A stretch of DNA of 64,000 nt from Scenedesmus sp. PABB004 (Eukaryota), in NCBI GenBank assembly GCA_014905635.1, contig CM026547.1, positions 3,534,001 through 3,598,000 on the forward strand. The letters run 5' to 3'. Positions 58,201-64,000 of this stretch are shown here, one piece after another. The position numbers were made by a program, and so were the translations under genes. Numbering within the stretch: the first letter of the stretch is position 1; each line of letters starts with the position of its first letter. The notes beneath the pieces are model-generated. The model did not search any database and was not told the origin of the DNA. It saw only the letters and a list, made by a program, of their open reading frames with translations.

Positions 58201-60557
58201 CGGGGAGCACCAGCCGCTGGGCGGGCGGCGGCGCCATGCAGACGCCGCGCCGGCCCAACCCGCATCAGCAGCACCTGATGAACCTCCTGGGCTCGCCTTC
58301 GTTCGACCGCATGACGGGTGCGCGCCCCCTCGCGTGCGGGCGCGCGGGCGGCACAGTCGCCCGCCCGGCGCGCCCGCTCGCGCGCAGCAGGCGCCCGGCC
58401 GGCCGCCGACCCCCGCCGCCCGCTCGCCCGCTCGCCCGCTGTCGCCGCCGCAGGCTACGCGTCGCCGCCCAGCGCGGGGCGCACGCAGCCGAGCGCGGCC
58501 ACGCTCGCGGCGCTGCAGTCGCCGCAGCCGTCGCGCGTGCACGAGCCGTTCTGGACGCCGTTCACAGGGCTGTTCAAGGTGCGCCCGCCCCGCCCGCACC
58601 GCACCGCGGGCCAGGCAGCAGGCCGGCGGCGCGCCCGCGCGCACGTCGCGCGCCCAAAGCACGTCGCGCGCCCGAAGCACGTGGCCCGCCCACGCCCCGC
58701 CTGCCCGCCCGGCGCGCAGGACTCGCTCTTCACGCGCGGCACGAGCGCCACGCCCGACCTGCCCTCGGGCGGCAAGGCCCGCGTGAGCGGCGGGCTGTTC
58801 AGCCCCGGCAAGCGCAGCAGCAGCGGCGGCAGCAAGGGCCCGCTGTCGCGCCGCGGCCTGCTGGCCAGCCCCGCCAACGGGCGCCTGGCTGACCTCGACT
58901 CGGGGGCGCTCACGGGCAGCCAGCACACGGACGGCGCGGAGGCCAAGCCCGCCGCGCCGGGCGGCGACTGCGAGCCCGGCCCCAGCCCCGCGGCGGCGTG
59001 CGGGCTGCCGCCGCCGCAGTCGGCGCACCACCGCGTCGTGCGGCGGCTGGACCAGCACGAGGCCTGGGGCGCCGCGCCCGGCGCCGCCGCGAGCCCGGGC
59101 GCCAAGGCCGGCTGGGGCGGCGCGGGCGGGGCCGCCAGGGAGGGCCCGCTGGGCACCGGGCTCAGCCTCTTTTCGCCGGTGAAGAAGCAGCGCGTGCCGC
59201 TCTTCAGCGAGGCCCAGCCCATCATCGGCGCCAGCCCCGCCAAGCCCGAGGAGGAGCTGCTGGGTGCGGCGGCTGCTGGAGCCCCTGCGGCTCCCCCCTC
59301 CCGTGCGCGCGCGCGCGCGCCGCTGCTCGTCCGCGCGCGCTGACCGCCGCCGCGCCGCCCGTGCACGACCCGCAGGGTGCTCCCTGACCATCGCGCCGCT
59401 CGTGCACGACCTGCCAAGCAGCAGCGAGAGCCTGCACGGAGCCCTGTGCAGCCCTCCTGGCCAGGAGCCGCACAGCAGCGCCAGGGACGTGGCGGCCGTG
59501 GCTGCGCTGGCAGCCACGGCAGCCGGCCGGCCGCCGGCCGGCCCGCTGGCGCGCCTGGCCGCGGCGCACGGCCTGCTGTCGCCGCCCGGCAGCAGCAGGC
59601 AGGCGCAGCAGCAGCGGCAGCTCGAGGCGGCGCAGGCGGCAGCAGCGGCTGCCGCGGCTGCGGCCGCCGAGGCGGAAGACGGCGCCGAGTGCGTGGGCTC
59701 GCCCATGGCCGTCTCGCCGGAGGCCGCGCCCCCCGAGGCGGCGTGCGCGCCCGCGGCGCGCGGCGCGGGTGCCGCGGCAGCGGAGGAGGCGGCGGGCGAC
59801 GCGGGCGACGACGGCGGCGGCGACGGCGGCCACGACGGCGGCGAGCAGTGCGTCGGCGAGGTCGTGCCCGGCGCGGCGCCCGCGGCGTCGGACGCGCCCG
59901 ACACGCCGGTGCACCTCAAGCAGGCGAGCTGCGACGGCACGAGCTGCTCCGGCACGCCCAACACGCCGGCGGGGCAGCGCGCGCTGCCGCGCGGCGGCGC
60001 CGCGTCGTCGCCGAGCGACTACGTGACGCCCCAGGCGCGCCTGCGGCCGTCGCGGCCGCTCGCGCCGCTGCACAAGGACTGCCTCATCGCCGCGGCGACG
60101 CGCAGCCTGGCGGGCCTGCCGCAGGACGGCGGCGCCGGCCACGCCACGCCCGCGACCGCCGCGACCGCGACCAGCGGCAAGGCGGCGCCCGGAGCGGGCG
60201 GCGCGGCCGCGCCCGCGCCCCCGCCCGCCCACGCCGCGGGCGAGCCGGGGGCGCAGCAGCGCAGCAAGTCGAGCGCGCCCGGCTCGGCCGACAGCAGCAA
60301 GCTACTCTCGCCGGAGCGCGTCATGGACTCGCCGCTGCAGCCGTGCCAGCAGCTGAGCTCGCCGTCGCAGTGGCACCAGGGTATGGTCGCGATGCTGCGC
60401 AGCCTGCAGCAGACGCCGCTGCAGCCGGGCCAGGCGCCACCGGACGCGCCCGGCGCGTGCGCGCGGCCCGGCGGCGAGGCGGGCAAGGCCTGCGACGGCG
60501 GCGGCGCCGTGCGCGCCGGCAGCCGCGCGCTGCGGCGGCTGCAGGACGAGCTCGAGC

Positions 60558-60588
<31 letters not shown>

Positions 60589-61141
60589 GGCTCACAGCCC
60601 GCTCAGCCGCGCGACGGCGGCGGGCGACGCGCAGGTGCCGTTCGCCTCGGCCCTCGCGCCGCCGTCCTGTGCGGCGGCGGGCGGCGCGCCGGTGCTGCTG
60701 CCGCTGTTCGGCGGCCGGGTCGGCGCAGCGCGTGCGGCTGACGGCGGCGCGTCAGGCCGGGCCGTGGTCAGCCTCGCGCCCGCGGTCGTGTCGTGCTCGC
60801 GCGCCGGCGCGCAGGCGTTTGGCCTGCCCGGCGCCGCTCCGGCGCCCGCGGTGGCGTGGCCCGTGCAGCAGCGCCCCGACGGCGGGCTCGTGGTCGCGAG
60901 CGGCGGCGGCGGCGGCGCGGTGGTGCAGCTCACGCCGCCGCCCGCCGCCCGCGGGCCGGGCGGCAAGGACGGAGGCGCGCCGCGCGCGGGCGCCGCCGAC
61001 CTGCTGGCCGGCAGCGGCGCGGGGCAGGCGCAGTGGCCCGGCGGGCGCGTGGCGGTCGTGAGCATCCAGCCGCTGGCGCTGCTCCCCAGCATGGCCGCGC
61101 CGGGGGGCGCGCCCTGCAGCGCCGCGGCCGCCACCAGCTAG
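55276..61141 (+). CDS. Three-repeat MYB (R1R2R3-type) transcription factor with long low-complexity C-terminus (apparent frameshift ~56859-56864)
   Basis: R1 GAWDPEEDDLL..GNKWSEVAKHIPGRTGQQCAQRWRHK; R2 DKWTEEEDAKLIELV..GRWAEIA..GRTDQQCMGRWRRHLDP; R3 DSWSAEEDAKLRQLH..GTSWSRIS..GRTSQQCRARW. Many SP/TP sites downstream. Confidence 0.88.
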
Positions 61142-61331
61142 CTAGCTGGCTGGCTCAGGAGGGTTGACTGACAGACCGCAGCAGCAGAAGTCCTCTGACG
61201 ACGACACTGACGCGCGACGGGCGGGCGGGCAGCGCAGGCGCAGCGGCGGCGCGCGCGCACGTGGCGCCCATTCTTGGGCGGGGCAGCCAGCTAGGCGAGG
61301 CGATCGTGGGCGGTCCACGCGCTCCCACCGG

Positions 61332-61336
61332 TGTAA
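61332..61336 (+). promoter_or_regulatory. TGTAA polyadenylation signal of the MYB gene
   Basis: TGTAA ~190 nt after the stop codon. Confidence 0.55.
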
Positions 61337-62498
61337 CACCAGCACGTAGCGCGACCGCCCCTCCCGCGCGACCCCAAGCCCCCCCCCCCCCCTGGGCTCA
61401 GCAGCGCGCGAACGTCGGCGTGCGTTGCTGAGGTCACCGTCTGCCGCGCGCAGCGTCCACGATTGTGAGTTGGTTGGTTTCGGTCCAGGCCCTCCCCAGG
61501 GGACGTGCGCAGGCACAAACCGCAAGGGGTGCCGACTGCGGCGGCGGGGCGCGCCCCGCCGCGGCGGCGGCGTGAATTAAGTGTTGGGTTGGTGGCGTGC
61601 AAGGCGTGTGGTTCAGCAGCAACCCTGGGCGCGTCGCCGGTTGCGATGGAAGCGCAGTCTCGGAGCGCTGCGCGGCCTTGGGCGCGCGCTCCGCGCACGC
61701 TGTGTGCGCTCACTGCTCCCAGCAGCAGTGCAAGCAAGCCGGCCAGCAAGCAGCCAAAGGCAGCGCAAGGCAGCGCAAGGCAGCGCAAAGCAGCGCCGCG
61801 CGGCCGCCGCAGGGGCGGGCAGCCGCCGCGCGCCGCGGGCACAGGAGAGCCCGACCCTTAGCAGTGAGCGAGATTCAGCAATCAATGTGCCCGTTATTGT
61901 TGTTCGACGCGACCCTGGTTGCGGTTGGTGAAAAGCAAGCAAGTGTAGCGAAGCATCCGCCGGCCGGCGCCCACGCAGGCGAGCGAGCGGCCGCGCGCCG
62001 AGCCAAGGCCGGCGTCGCTCTCTGGTTTGGTTTGGCACCTCCCCTGAAGGCGAGGCGCGTGTGCCCGGGGCCCCTCAGCTGCCCACATAAGCAAGTGCAC
62101 AACCAGGCTGTGGGGCGCCGCCCCCCCCGCGGGGGGGCGGCGCCGTGGGTTGAGTGGCCACCACCGATCTGGGCCGCCGCGCTCCCGGCTCACCAAGAGA
62201 GCCAGACAGGCGCCAGGCGTCCGTGTGTGTGGGGTTTGAGCCGCCGCCTCCCCGCCGCGGCCGCCCAGCAGGCGCGCGGCGGCGCAGAGGCATTCAAGGG
62301 ACAGGCGGCGCTTGGAAAGCCCCAAGGTGCAACGCGCGCGTGGCGGGCACAGAGGTTGGGTTGGGCAACAACGCCCCGTGCAGAGAGCGGGGCGGCGGCC
62401 GGCGCGCGCGCGCGCCCGCGCTCGAGCAGGCTGGAAAGAGAATGCGCCAGCCTCAAACCAAGCACGCGCGGCCTTGAGGTTCGGTCAAGCGCCAGCGC

Positions 62499-64000
62499 CT
62501 AGTAGAGCCAGCCGGTGAAGCCGCCGCCGCCGGGCAGCTGGCCGCTCGAGGGGTCGGCGCTCTGGGGGCCGCTCTGGGGGGCGTGCCTGTAGCCCCTGCT
62601 GCCGTCCGAGGCGGCGTGCAGCTGGTCGAACATGCTGCCGGACGTGGTGCTCAGGCCGCCGCCGCCCTGCACGCCCGGCCACAACGCGCCGCCGCTGCTG
62701 GCCGCGGCCTGCGGCTGGCCGCCGAGGCCGTGCTGCTGCGGCAGCATGTAGAGCAGCTGCTGCATGTCAAACGCGGGGCCGCCGGCGGCGGCGAGCCCCG
62801 TGCCGGGCAGGCCGCCCGTCGCGGGCGGCGGCGCCCACATGTGCATGCCGCCGCCGCTGCCGCCGGCCATGCCGGCGCCCTGCACCACCGCCACGCCCGG
62901 CAGGCCATACACCGCCTGCGCCTCCTGCGCCGCGGCGGCGTAGCCGTACGGCAGCGCCACCTGCTGCTGCTGCTGCTGCGCGTAAAGCAGCTGCGGCGCC
63001 AGCCGGCCGCCGCCGGCGGCGTAGCCGCCGTATGGCGCGCCGAGGCCGCCGGCGCGCAGGCCCGGCTGCGGCTGCGGCTGCGCCGCGCCGCCGGCGCCGG
63101 CGCCGCGGTGGTACCCGGGCGCCTGCACGGCGAGCTTGCGCGGCCCCTCTGGCGTCATGAGCACCGTGTTGCGCAGCGCCGCGAGCGCCGCCTCCGCCTG
63201 GCCGCCGGTCGCGTACCAGACGGCCGTCGGCACGTCGCCGCCGGGCGCGGCGCCGCCCGGCTGCTGCACGACCGCGACGACGCTGCCGTAGGGTGCGAGG
63301 AGCTCCTGCACGTCGCCAGCGGAGTAGGTGCTGGGCAGGTTGGCGAGCACCAGGCGGAACGCGTCGGGTGCGCAGCCCGGCGGCGGCGCGTCGAGCGCGC
63401 CGCCCGGCGGCCCCGCGGGGCCGCCGGGCTCGGCGTAGCGCGACACGCCGCCGCGGTGGCCCTGCTGGTAGCGCAGCCGCACGCCGCCGCCGGGCGGGCC
63501 GGCCTCGGGCAGCACCGGCAGCTGGTGGGGGCCGACGCGCTCCGCGCCGTAAAAGGGCTGCACCAGCAGCGGGCGCTCCGCGCCGGGCCAGGTGAGCTTG
63601 CCGCTCAGCGCCTCCATGGCCGCCAGCGCGGACGCCTCGCTCTCGAGCACGACCAGGCCGCAGCCGCGCGACTGGGGCGGGCCCTCGCGGCGGTGCGCAA
63701 AGGGCACGACCTGCAGTACCACGCCAAAGCGCTCAAACGCCGCGGCGACCTCGCTCGGCGTCACGCGCGTGGGCAGGCAGGAGTAGCTCACGGTGAAGCC
63801 CTTGGGCATGGGCGGCGGCGGCCCGCCGCCCGCGGGGCTGCGCCGCGGCAGCGTGCTCAGCTGCGCCCACGTCACCTGCGCGCGCGGCGCAGGGTGGAGA
63901 GGGGGGGGGGGCGTGGGCGTGGGCGGCGCGGGCGCGCGGGCGCGGGCCCCCGTCTCCGGCCGCCGTCGCGCCGTCGCGCCGCGCACCTTGAGCGGCGCGG
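62499..64000 (-). CDS. RRM-containing RNA-binding protein (CELF/FCA-like), 3' part; 5' end is beyond the window
   Basis: VSYSCLPTRVTPSEVAAAFERFGVV...QSRGCGLV...AAMEALSGKLTWPGAERPLLV, a second RRM RLVLANLPSTYSAGDVQELLAPYGSV, and a Q/G-rich tail. Intron ~63987-63876. Confidence 0.75.
   Translation of the reverse strand, partial: APLKVRGATARRRPETGARARAPAPPTPTPPPPLHPAPRAQVTWAQLSTLPRRSPAGGGPPPPMPKGFTVSYSCLPTRVTPSEVAAAFERFGVVLQVVPFAHRREGPPQSRGCGLVVLESEASALAAMEALSGKLTWPGAERPLLVQPFYGAERVGPHQLPVLPEAGPPGGGVRLRYQQGHRGGVSRYAEPGGPAGPPGGALDAPPPGCAPDAFRLVLANLPSTYSAGDVQELLAPYGSVVAVVQQPGGAAPGGDVPTAVWYATGGQAEAALAALRNTVLMTPEGPRKLAVQAPGYHRGAGAGGAAQPQPQPGLRAGGLGAPYGGYAAGGGRLAPQLLYAQQQQQQVALPYGYAAAAQEAQAVYGLPGVAVVQGAGMAGGSGGGMHMWAPPPATGGLPGTGLAAAGGPAFDMQQLLYMLPQQHGLGGQPQAAASSGGALWPGVQGGGGLSTTSGSMFDQLHAASDGSRGYRHAPQSGPQSADPSSGQLPGGGGFTGWLY

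Noticed and set aside
61291..61842. 183-aa minus-strand ORF with a hydrophobic stretch
   Set aside because: No recognisable motif, its composition differs from real exons here, and the hydrophobic part comes from a simple repeat.
1..64000. Hundreds of long overlapping Arg/Ala/Pro/Gly-rich ORFs in all six frames
   Set aside because: Stop codons are rare at this GC content. Real proteins appear only as spliced fragments, so these ORFs are not overlapping genes.

Overview
Gene-dense, extremely GC-rich (roughly 80% by eye) eukaryotic nuclear DNA. Short spliceosomal introns, TGTAA poly(A) signals and the gene content point to a chlorophyte green alga (inference). Most ORFs in the supplied track are GC-content artefacts, so I rebuilt the genes as spliced models by eye. 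About 23 genes are present: CDPK-like kinase (3' part), S9A oligopeptidase B-like, ARL1, B3 transcription factor, mitochondrial GrpE, cobS, cyclin B, cobT, Tat-targeted lumenal protein, MORN protein, ferredoxin-metallo-beta-lactamase, mTERF, NOP56, M3A oligopeptidase, LRR/EF-hand/p25alpha protein, ValRS, CIA30, TrpRS, MYB3R, an RRM protein and several unknowns. Main points of interest: (1) intron-containing cobamide lower-ligand genes cobS and cobT lie ~3.7 kb apart, and a ~500 bp inverted duplication suggests they were formerly tail-to-tail before an inversion; (2) ValRS and TrpRS share a duplicated promoter, identical 20-codon first exon and homologous first intron; (3) GC-AG introns are very frequent; (4) the oligopeptidase A looks secreted and N-glycosylated. 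Several single-base frameshifts in G/C runs look like sequencing errors. Gene spans run start codon to stop codon and include introns.
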